A stretch of 64,000 nt of DNA from NCBI RefSeq assembly GCF_963676685.1, contig NC_092354.1:38936001-39000000 (forward strand), given 5' to 3'. The position numbers were made by a program, and so were the translations under genes. The notes under the pieces were generated by a model, which had not been told where the DNA came from, ran no database searches, and saw only the letters and a program-made list of their open reading frames with translations. This stretch comes from Mytilus edulis (Eukaryota). This document shows positions 23,545-33,237 of the stretch, piece by piece (the stretch's first letter is position 1; every line of letters begins with the position of its first letter).

Positions 23545-23784
23545 TGAAGAAGTGGATTATTTAAAACTATTGGAGACTTCAATCAATCACTTGTATTTTT
23601 CTTTAAATTTGTCTATATTTATATATGTATATAATATATTGTCTATTTGTATATTTACACTGTGTACCTTTAAATTTAATTAATAAAATAAATATTTAGA
23701 TAACATATGTTCGCCTATTAGTTCTAGTCCACGATCGCGTAGTATATATAAAACGTTGAAAGTGCTATTGATATCACAATTGTC

Positions 23785-26700
23785 ATGGCTGATGATCATT
23801 TCTGCGAGGATTTATTGCGTCTTTATCCTGACAGTAACCCTCAATATCAACAGCAGTTGCGAGAGTTAAATGATCGATTGAGTGTTGATAATGACAACAG
23901 ATCAAATCTTACGGTTAAGGTCTATTCATGTTATTATTGTAAACTTCTGTTTGATCACCCTTCCAAACTGAAGAGACACCAGAGAAACAGTTGTACATTT
24001 CCATGTCGACAATGTGATAGACATTTTGATTCAGCGGAAAATTTGTTTAAACATAGCAACATCGATCATACAACTTATCAGACTGGTTCAGGAAACACTG
24101 ATTCAAATTCACATACTACAATCAAACATAAAAGTGTGGATAAGTCTGCTCTCTTGGGAATAGCACGAGCTCGTTTCATTTATCCGAATGAGGATAATGG
24201 GGAAAAGTATGATCTTCTAGCATTTTTATCTGGAATTAAGCATGAGGTAAAAACTCATTTACAAGAGATGTGTGATGAACTCGGTCATATTAAGTGGTAT
24301 ATGAATTGTCTTGTGCAAATGATCAAGCCGAATGGAGGTGAAGGTGGTAATGATTTAAAGAATAATGCACATTTTATCTCGAAGACATCGAATCTAGTTG
24401 ATAGAGCAAATATAGATGATGAACATGATATTAATGTGACATATCAAAAAATATTCAAAAGTTTTGATGAGTATATACGAAATGGGAGCGGTTGGTCATT
24501 AGATCATATTAAACACATTGAGATTAATACAGCTAAATATAAACCTTTAGGCGGTGGATCGTATATACCCCTACCAAGAACTCTTGCTGCAACCAGAGCG
24601 TTACTCAACATAAGAAACTTAGATGAAAAATGTTTTGTATATGCTATTATAGCATCCATACATCCTACGTGTTCAGGTGACCCTTCTAAAGTGCATCACT
24701 ACATCCCATATGAACATGAATTGAACATGGAAGGTATACAATTGCCCGTTGCACCATCATTTGTGAGTAAATTTGAAAGGCAGAATAACATTTCAGTAAT
24801 GGTGTTAGGATTTGAAGAGGGTGAATTTTTCCCCCTCCATGTAACAGGTCTAAGAGAAGCTCATCATGAAGTTGACTTATTGTATTTGAAAAGTGGGAAT
24901 AAAAGTCACTGGTGTTTGATTACAGATCTCAATAGACTTTTATATCGAACAAAATGCTTGGGACGCAGTCATAAGTATTGCAGATTCTGTTTATCAGGTT
25001 TCACCAGTGAACATACTTTAGAGAAACATATAAAATACTGCTCAAAATTTGAAGCTCAACATGTGACATATCCCACCAAGGGGGTAGACGATATACTAAC
25101 ATTTCAAGATCACGCCAAACAGTTACAAACATCATTTGTTATTTATGCTGACATGGAAACATTTTGCGAACCTATGGTTACTGAAGAGCCAGAAGATAAT
25201 CGAACCAGCACAACGAAATTAACAAAGTTGATACCATGCGGGTACGGTTATCAAGTTGTTTGCATCGATGACAGATACACTCAACCACCTAAAATATATA
25301 GAGGTGAAAATGTTAGTGAACACTTCCTTCATAGTCTTCTTGACGAAAATAAACGTATAAAGGCTATTTTGAACAATCCTGAACCCTTGTGCATGACTGT
25401 TGAAGATGAGGAAGATTTTCAATCAAGTACACATTGCCACATTTGCATGGAAGAATTTACAGATTCCACTATCCGCGTTCGAGACCATGCACATGTTTCA
25501 GGTAAATTTCGTGGCGCTTCATGCAGAGATTGCAATCTTAATTTTAAAGAACACACATTCGTGCCAGTTATATTTCATAACCTGAAACAGTTTGATGCAC
25601 ATTTAATCTGTTCCTCGATAGGTATTTTCAAGAGTGAAGAAATTGGCTGCATAGCCACGAATGCAGAAAAGTACATCAGTTTCAACCTATCCAATCTGCG
25701 CTTTATCGATTCATACCAGTTTTTGAATTGTTCACTAGAGGAATTGGTATCGTCAATGTCTAAGGAGAATCCGAAAGAAACATTTAAACATTTTACAAAA
25801 GAATTTGATGATGATAAGCGGATTGCTCTTTTGTTGAAAAAAGGAACATATCCTTACGAATACATTGACAATGCAGCAAGGTTCAATGAAACTGAATTAC
25901 CCTCTATAGACAAATTCTACAGCAATTTATCAGAGAAAACAATTAGTCAAACCGAGTATGAACATGCGCAACGGGTATGGAATCAAATGAATATTAAGAA
26001 TATAGGCGAATATCACGATCTTTATCTAAAAACTGACGTTCTATTATTAGCTGATGTATTTGAAACTTTCAGGAAGAAGTGGATAACGAACTATTCCCTC
26101 GACCCTGCAAATTATTACACTCTTCCAGGGCTTTCCTGGCAATCTGCATTGAAAATGACTGGTGTGAGACTTGAGCTATTGACAGATCCTACAATGTGGC
26201 TCTTCTTTGAGCAGAGTATACGAGGAGGTTTAACAATGGTGAGCTGCAGACATGCAAAAGCAAACAATCCCTACTTGAGCAATTATGATCCAGCTTTACC
26301 AACTTCATACTTGATGTATGTAGATGCGAACAATTTATACGGTTTAAGCATGAGCATGCCATTAGCTGTGGGGAAATTCCAGTGGTTGTCAGAAGAGGAA
26401 ATAAACGATTTCAATGTCTTAAATGTATCCAATAACGCTGACATCGGATATGTCATTGAATGCGATTTGGATTACCCAGATAACTTACACGATCTTCACA
26501 ATGATTTTCCTCTTGCAGTTGAAAAAGGAGTGATAACAAATGAAATGCTTTCACCTCATTCACGTCATCTGTATGAGCAAGCAAATGATGATGGGAAAGA
26601 ATACCAACCGAGCACCAAATTGCTAGCTACTTTGAAAGATAAAAAGCATTACATCTTGCACTATGTGAATCTAAAGTTATACCTCAAACTAGGTTTGGTT

Positions 26701-27588
26701 TTGAAGAAGATTCACAATATAGTTTCATTTGAACAGCGTCCATGGTTGAAACAGTATATTGACTTCAATACCGAAATGAGGAAAAAGGCTACTAGCAATT
26801 TCGAGCAAAAACTTTTTAAAAATGGCAACAATGCTATTTTCGGTAAATCAATGGAATCGTTGCGGAAACATATCAACTTCTCTCTCTGTCATAGGTGGGA
26901 TAAGTTTCAAAAACTTACTGCAAAATCATCATTTAAAAGCTTTAAGATATTCAACGACCACTTGTGCGGCGTGCTACAAACCAAAACAAAAATTTTCTTC
27001 AACAAACCAATTTACCTAGGACAAATGATTCTCGATCTGTCAAAGGCGCACATGGTTGATTACTACTACAACCACATGAAAAAACTATACAAGGAGAATG
27101 TAACATTATGTTACACAGATACTGACAGTTTCATTATGCATGTGAGAACTGATGACATATATAGAGACATGTCGTTAAACAGTGAGCTATATGACTTTTC
27201 AAATTATCCAGCTGATCACCCTCTTTACACCAAAGACAGGAAATCGATTATTGGTTTATTCAAAGATGAATGCAAGTCCATTCAAATGGTGGAATATATC
27301 GGACTAAGAGCAAAAATGTATAGTTTTATCACCGCAGACGACAAGGAAACTGTAGTAGCAAAGGGTATTAAAACCCGAAATGTTAGATTCGAACAATATA
27401 AAAACACCTTGTTCAATTGTTCTCCACTACTCTCGCATATGTACACTTTGAGAAGTTTCAACCATCAGATTCACATGGTGAAGGTTGTGAAAAGTGGACT
27501 ATCACCATATGATGACAAGAGACACTTGCTGGATGATAATGTGCATTCGCTAGCATATTTTCATAGAAAATTAAAAGAAAAACATTAA
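23785..27588 (+). CDS. polB: Protein-primed family B DNA polymerase with N-terminal zinc fingers and an internal endonuclease VII-like Zn module
   Basis: Exonuclease motifs IYADME, FHNLKQFDAH, YLKTDV. Polymerase motifs YVDANNLYG, K..NNAIFGK, YTDTDS, RAKMY. Module CHIC...RDHAH...FRG.SC..CN. TATA-like tatatataaaa at ~23743. Confidence 0.97.
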   Translation: MADDHFCEDLLRLYPDSNPQYQQQLRELNDRLSVDNDNRSNLTVKVYSCYYCKLLFDHPSKLKRHQRNSCTFPCRQCDRHFDSAENLFKHSNIDHTTYQTGSGNTDSNSHTTIKHKSVDKSALLGIARARFIYPNEDNGEKYDLLAFLSGIKHEVKTHLQEMCDELGHIKWYMNCLVQMIKPNGGEGGNDLKNNAHFISKTSNLVDRANIDDEHDINVTYQKIFKSFDEYIRNGSGWSLDHIKHIEINTAKYKPLGGGSYIPLPRTLAATRALLNIRNLDEKCFVYAIIASIHPTCSGDPSKVHHYIPYEHELNMEGIQLPVAPSFVSKFERQNNISVMVLGFEEGEFFPLHVTGLREAHHEVDLLYLKSGNKSHWCLITDLNRLLYRTKCLGRSHKYCRFCLSGFTSEHTLEKHIKYCSKFEAQHVTYPTKGVDDILTFQDHAKQLQTSFVIYADMETFCEPMVTEEPEDNRTSTTKLTKLIPCGYGYQVVCIDDRYTQPPKIYRGENVSEHFLHSLLDENKRIKAILNNPEPLCMTVEDEEDFQSSTHCHICMEEFTDSTIRVRDHAHVSGKFRGASCRDCNLNFKEHTFVPVIFHNLKQFDAHLICSSIGIFKSEEIGCIATNAEKYISFNLSNLRFIDSYQFLNCSLEELVSSMSKENPKETFKHFTKEFDDDKRIALLLKKGTYPYEYIDNAARFNETELPSIDKFYSNLSEKTISQTEYEHAQRVWNQMNIKNIGEYHDLYLKTDVLLLADVFETFRKKWITNYSLDPANYYTLPGLSWQSALKMTGVRLELLTDPTMWLFFEQSIRGGLTMVSCRHAKANNPYLSNYDPALPTSYLMYVDANNLYGLSMSMPLAVGKFQWLSEEEINDFNVLNVSNNADIGYVIECDLDYPDNLHDLHNDFPLAVEKGVITNEMLSPHSRHLYEQANDDGKEYQPSTKLLATLKDKKHYILHYVNLKLYLKLGLVLKKIHNIVSFEQRPWLKQYIDFNTEMRKKATSNFEQKLFKNGNNAIFGKSMESLRKHINFSLCHRWDKFQKLTAKSSFKSFKIFNDHLCGVLQTKTKIFFNKPIYLGQMILDLSKAHMVDYYYNHMKKLYKENVTLCYTDTDSFIMHVRTDDIYRDMSLNSELYDFSNYPADHPLYTKDRKSIIGLFKDECKSIQMVEYIGLRAKMYSFITADDKETVVAKGIKTRNVRFEQYKNTLFNCSPLLSHMYTLRSFNHQIHMVKVVKSGLSPYDDKRHLLDDNVHSLAYFHRKLKEKH

Positions 27589-27887
27589 TACAATTGTAAA
27601 TTGAAAAAAAAATCCATATCCGTAATAAATTCAAGAAAAAGAAAACACACTGTACAATAATTATATAATATTTTATTTCATGTAAATAAATATATGATTT
27701 TATAATAAAATATATCAACATATTTAAGTTTTATCCGTTTGCTATCAACCTGGGGAAGTGAAATACATAGGGCAATGGGGAGTAGCATGGTAAAATGGCG
27801 ACTTTAACTTAAAAACCCCAATGAAAATACATAACTTTAAAACCCAAATGGACCTTCAAACAAACTTCAAACATAATGACAATAGGA

Positions 27888-28362
27888 CAATGGGGAATAA
27901 CACCTTCAAACATTAAGGCAATAGGACAATGGGGAATAACACCTTCAAACATAGGACAATGTGAAATAACACCTTCGAACATTAGAACAATGGGGAATAG
28001 CACCTTCAAACATTAGAACAATGGGGAATAACACCTTCAAACATTATGTCAATGGGGAATAACACCTTCAAATGGGGAATAACACCTTCAAACACACCAG
28101 TGAAATACATTGGACAATGGGGAATAACACCTTCAAACACGATGAAAATATTACAAATAAATTTTAGATTAAAATATAAGAGACATATTCTTTGGTAAAT
28201 TAAACACAATTATGAAAATGGGTAATTACACCTTCAAACGCACCAGTGAAATACATTGTGCAATGGGGAAAAAGACCTTCAAACACGATGAAAATATTAC
28301 AAATAAATTTCTTAAATTTTAGATTAAAATATATGAGACATATTCTTTGGTAAATTAAACAC
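27888..28362 (+). repeat. Array of ~10 copies of CAATGGGGAATAACACCTTCAAACA plus a ~140-bp higher-order duplication
   Basis: Copies start at about 27888, 27927, 27957, 27988, 28019, 28050, 28071, 28115, 28217 and 28261. Confidence 0.9.
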
Positions 28363-29523
28363 GTGAAAATCGCATGTTTAATATTTTCCTTAAAATATCG
28401 GAAAAGTTCTCCCTATTGAACGAAAGTCCGAGTGAATTTAAAACAGACCCTGGGACGTTCTTTAAATGAATGAATATCTCTTCAGATGTGAAATGGCTCC
28501 ATTCCCTTATCATTTTATTTAATTGATATCTTTGATCAAAAATTTCCTCGGCAGCATTAAACACATCTAATTCGGCAAATCCAGGATTTAAAACAAATTG
28601 AAAGTCTGCATAATCCATAAAAATAATTAAAATTGGTGAGGGAATTTTACAAAAAAAATCTCTCATTTGAATATCACATTTTGTTGTTAATTTATTATAA
28701 ATACATGCAACAGATAAAGTTCTTAATGAAGGTGGAGCTGACCGCTTTCGTTTTTCACTCAGTGTCTTTTTTTCTACTTCTTCTCCCATTGTCCTTTTTC
28801 TGTTCTGATTGGCTAAAAGAAATAAATAAGATACATAAACTCTAGTAAAATAGTTTTCACATCATAAATCTACAGATACATGCATGAAAACAAATGAACA
28901 AAGTGCGACACCTGTATTAAGAAATTGGATTTCATAATGGAGATTTCTAAAATAAATGAAAAGGATGAATTGAGTAGTGCAAATGTGGAAGAATATTCAC
29001 TTAAAATGACAGATGAGCATGATTACAATTTTATCAATATGGATACAGCTGAAATCAGTGACCAGTTTCCACAACTGCACTGGCTTGGTGCAAAGATGAA
29101 AATTGTCGGATTGTTATTCTGTTCGATAACTCTAGCAGTTATATTAATAAATGGGCCATTAAACAGTGAAAATGATCCTCCATTCATATCTGATGATGTT
29201 AAACGAAACAGTAGCGGAAACGATTTATTTTGTAATAAAATGGACACTTTTGCTTTATCTGAAGATATTTTTGTAAATACATGTATATTGAATAGTGAAC
29301 TGTTTGTATTATTGAGAAATGATCCTCTTAGAAATGAAATCGCTTTAAATCAAAGGCAATGGTTTTATCTTAAAGCGAGTATTTCACATATTGATAAATC
29401 AATCTTTGATTGGAAAAATGTTGCTAAGTTATAAATGATTTCTATCCTAACTATTGTATATAAGAACATATTAGAAACAGAATAAAAATTTGATCACTTA
29501 CTGGTGTTATCTTCACTCGCCAT
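28355..29523 (-). CDS. Two-exon BC-box-like/NLS protein, 159 aa (exons 29523-29502 and 28812-28355)
   Basis: gaagATGG start, donor A|gtaagt at 29501, acceptor cttatttatttcttttag ending at 28813. Phases match and give MASEDNTTNQNRKRT fused in frame to the 144-aa ORF, which contains KRKRSAPPSLRTLSVACI. Confidence 0.7.
28937..29434 (+). CDS. Membrane-anchored or secreted protein with C-terminal PC4/Sub1-like domain
   Basis: Hydrophobic IVGLLFCSITLAVILI followed by FALSEDIFV...IALNQRQWFYLKASISHIDKSI, which aligns by eye with the PC4 end [23 protein letters not shown]. Alternative start at ATG 29096. Confidence 0.65.
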   Translation: MEISKINEKDELSSANVEEYSLKMTDEHDYNFINMDTAEISDQFPQLHWLGAKMKIVGLLFCSITLAVILINGPLNSENDPPFISDDVKRNSSGNDLFCNKMDTFALSEDIFVNTCILNSELFVLLRNDPLRNEIALNQRQWFYLKASISHIDKSIFDWKNVAKL

Positions 29524-29745
29524 CTTCAACTGCTTCAGAAAGTATGAATCCAGCTCCAGCTGTTTTCTTTTTCTTCTTTAGCCCCTTGAACGGGCCAGAT
29601 TCTGCTGCAACAATCACCTTTCTGACGTCCGACTCTGACACTCCCGCCTCCTCATCGCTATCGCTGATAGCAATCACCTTTCTCTAAAATAAGAATATCA
29701 TAATATAGAAAATCATCTTAAAATTTTAAAGTTATTTCAATGTTT

Positions 29746-29778
<33 letters not shown>

Positions 29779-29924
29779 CTTTTTATGGTACATTTAATTG
29801 GATAATTACTTTAAATTCATAAACTTGAAAATTATAACTACTTATTTTGATTTACATAGAAAAAAAAAAACAAAAGTTGTTTTACCTTTCTTTTCAAAGT
29901 AACTTTTTTTACTTCTTCTTCTTC

Positions 29925-29956
<32 letters not shown>

Positions 29957-30890
29957 CTTCTTCTTCTTCTTCCTCTTCAACAACTATAACCTTCTTTTTC
30001 CTGCTAGGTTTTTGCAGCTAAAAAAATTAATATATAATAAAAACAATTGAACGTGTAAGAAATCATATAAATCAACGTTTGCTGTGGGAAAGAAATTCGT
30101 ATTTATTAGCGGTTGAGAAATTTACCTAGAAACAAAAATGTTGAAATATCTGCAACTGAACGTTTATCAAAACATTTTTTACTTGCTATCAATAACTTTG
30201 AAAATTAATACTAACAGTGGTGAAATCAACCCAGAAACAAGTGAAATATCTGCAGCTGAACGCAAGCCGCTTGTAAATACTCTCTATCAATAACTTACTT
30301 TTAACTAAAACGTTTGTTGTATATTAAACCTATAAAGTATATATTTATGTTCAATTATTTGCTGTTGAAGGATAATTAGAACGTTTATCATATAGTTTTT
30401 ACTCGCTTTCAATAACTTTGAAAATTATGTGTACTTACTAGCAGTAGTGAAATTTACGAAAAAACATATAAGGTGAAACATCTGCAGCTGGTGCTTTTAT
30501 TAAACACTCGCAATATCTTACTTTAAAATAATTTTGTAGATCGCTCCTATTTCTTAGAGAATAAAATATATATCACGCTCAACTATTTGCTGCTGAACGA
30601 TAATAATTTAGCTATATGTTCATGTAAATATTTACTGCTAAATATTAGAAATCACTAACCTGTTTTTTTATTTCTGCCTCAGCTTTTAAAAGAACTGGCT
30701 TCAGATTGCATAGCTCTTTAAACTCATCAGTCCCAAGAGTTATGCTTCTGCTACTTGTTAAACTGCCTATGTGGATATAAACATATCCCTTGTACGGTGT
30801 AACCGCAATGTTCTTCTTTCTTCCAAAATTCAACTCAGCCCGCTCTACTTCTCCACCAAATCCCCTCATGTACTCAACCTGGTTCATCAT
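29513..30890 (-). CDS. Three-exon PC4-like ssDNA-binding protein with poly-Glu tract and SIM-like motifs, 177 aa (exons 30890-30660, 30017-29886, 29683-29513)
   Basis: All junctions are GT-AG and phase 0 (CAG|gttagt, ttttag|CTG, AAG|gtaaaa, ttttag|AGA). Exon 1 FGRKKNIAVTPYKGYVYIHI..SITLGTDEFKEL is PC4-like. Exon 2 encodes E17-V-E4. Confidence 0.8.
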
Positions 30891-31259
30891 TTTTATCGCT
30901 TTATGATAGAATTGAGTGTACCGCGTTAATAAAGGAATAAAGCTTCCGTTTCATTAAATTATGAATAATAGTTTCCAACACTTATTTACTCCTAAAGGCT
31001 CGCCAACCTTCCATTATCCATGTTACACCATTTTATTAATTCATATGTAATTTCAGTGTAGATCTGTCCCGATCGCGATTTTTCATGTCAGATTGATCTC
31101 CAATATTGCGGCAGTATTTGGATAATACACCTTCTGTTTACATTAAATCTTAGTTCATCAGTTTAAATATAAAGTGTTTATCACCTTTCAAATTTGAAAA
31201 GTGATCATTACTCAATAAATTTTGATTGTTTTTATTTAAGATCAATTATATATTATAGA

Positions 31260-32130
31260 TTTGTTCGAACCGGATTTTGATGGTTATTTTTTACATCTCA
31301 TTACTATTTTTTCTCTCTATATATAATTTTTCCTTCATTAAAACAAAACCTATTTTCTTTTCTTTTCTTTGGATCATATTTTCAATGGTAAATCGAGTTG
31401 GATTTTGACGATTATTTTTACATCTCATTACTATCTCCTTTTTTTTTCTCTCTCTCTCTCGCTCTAATTTTTTTCATCGTTAAAACACCTTTTTTCTTTT
31501 CTTTGGATCATAGTTTCAATGGTGAATCCTATCTCCTTTTTCTCTCTCTCTATTTTTTCCTTCGTTAGAACATAAGCGACTTTTTTCTTTTCTTTGGATC
31601 ATCTTTTCTTTGGATCATATTTTCAATGGTGGATCATATCTCCTTTTTCTCTCTCTCTCTATTTTTCCCCCTACATGCTACTTTTTTCTTTTCTTTTCTT
31701 TGGATCGTAGTTAATTGTTTTGCTCATGACTTTTTTGCAGCTAGCTAATTTTTCCCATGTGTAAATATTTCATTTGATAAGATTTGAGATTGAAGCTTGT
31801 GGATTACCATCTTTTATAATTAATAGTTGATAAAAATGTTTTAAGCAAAGTTTTTGTTTTGCAAATTTCTAGATATGCTCTTTTCTTTTCTTTGGATCAT
31901 TGTAAATGGTGAATCTTGTTTTGTTCATGACTTTTTTTTCAGCTAGCTTCTTTTTTCCTGTGTAAATATTTCATTTTCTTGACAAGATTTGAGATTGAAG
32001 CTTGTGGTTTGACCTCTTTGAAGAGTTGTCTCATCAGCAATTAAACCATATTTCTTTTATAATTAATAAATTTAAAGTAGATAAAAATTAATTAAGCAAA
32101 GTTTTTGTTTGCAAATTTCTAGATGATATA
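31260..32130. repeat. Pyrimidine-rich repeat block (TTTTCTTTGGATCAT units, CT microsatellites) and a ~170-200 bp direct duplication
   Basis: About six TTTCTTTGGATC copies. ~31716-31877 is repeated at ~31917-32125. Confidence 0.75.
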
Positions 32131-33237
32131 CAAATGGTGTCAACTGGTAATCATCCACATTGATTGGGGTAGCAATGCAGTGGGAAAAGTTTAAGAAAAG
32201 TCTAATTTATTAACACATATCAAATACAAATACTTTATTCCATGAAACAACATAGTAAGTTTCAAAACAAATCAAGTTTTCTGCACTATTTATATAACAA
32301 TTGTAAATAATATAAACAAGAGAACTATCAAATGAAATTTGGTTATAAAAAACTTACATCATTTGTAATGCACCATTTTTTTCACATAAAACATGTTATA
32401 GAAAGCACCATGACAGCGGTTACAAATCAAGAATTTTTATATATTTATCTCTAGGTTTAACTTAATCATATAGCACTATAAAAAGTAATAAAAACAAAAG
32501 AAAAAAAGTTTAAGCAAACACAATATGATAAAATATGCGATAATATGTTGTAATTAAATTTGGATGCTGTAAATTCTCATATGAAAAAATTCCAAAGATG
32601 AAAATGATGATAAAGTAAACATAAAAACAAAAAGTTCTCCAAACATTATATACATATATATATTATTTACATATATACAATAATACCAATCATATTTGTT
32701 TTTTAATTTAATTTATTTCTATTACAAAACTAAACATATGTAAATGGAAAACTAAAAAGAATAATTTAATGAAAGGAATAGATTAATAATGAACTTTAAT
32801 ACCAGAGAAAGTAGATTATTTAATGAAAAGAATAGATTTATAATGAAATTTATGGTTTGAATGAGCATGAAACATATAAACTAAGGTGAATTTATAAAAA
32901 CAAACTACATGTATACTACTATTTACAATATAATAAAATGAGAGTAGAGAAATGCGAGTATAATCAAAATCTTTTCTTTAATTAAAATAAAGTGTAACTA
33001 ATCCAAATAAATCAAATGAAAGAAAATTGAAAAGTTTTGGTGATATAATTTTTCATAATATAAGTAGATTTGTAGAATACATCCTCATCAGTGATTATTA
33101 AAATTTAGATAACAGTGTATAAATAAGTTTATAAAATTTAGAAAAAAGATTATAAAATTTAGAAAAAAAAAAATAAAAAAATATAAAATTTAGAAAAAAA
33201 ATTTAAAAAATTTCATAAAATTTAAAAGTTTAGAAAA

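Noticed and set aside
27888-28290. CRISPR-like appearance of the 25-bp repeat array
   Set aside because: Linkers are mostly 0-20 bp, related to each other and irregular. There are no cas genes and the context is eukaryotic.
29847-30050. Plus-strand poly-Phe ORF
   Set aside because: It is the antisense shadow of the poly-Glu exon.
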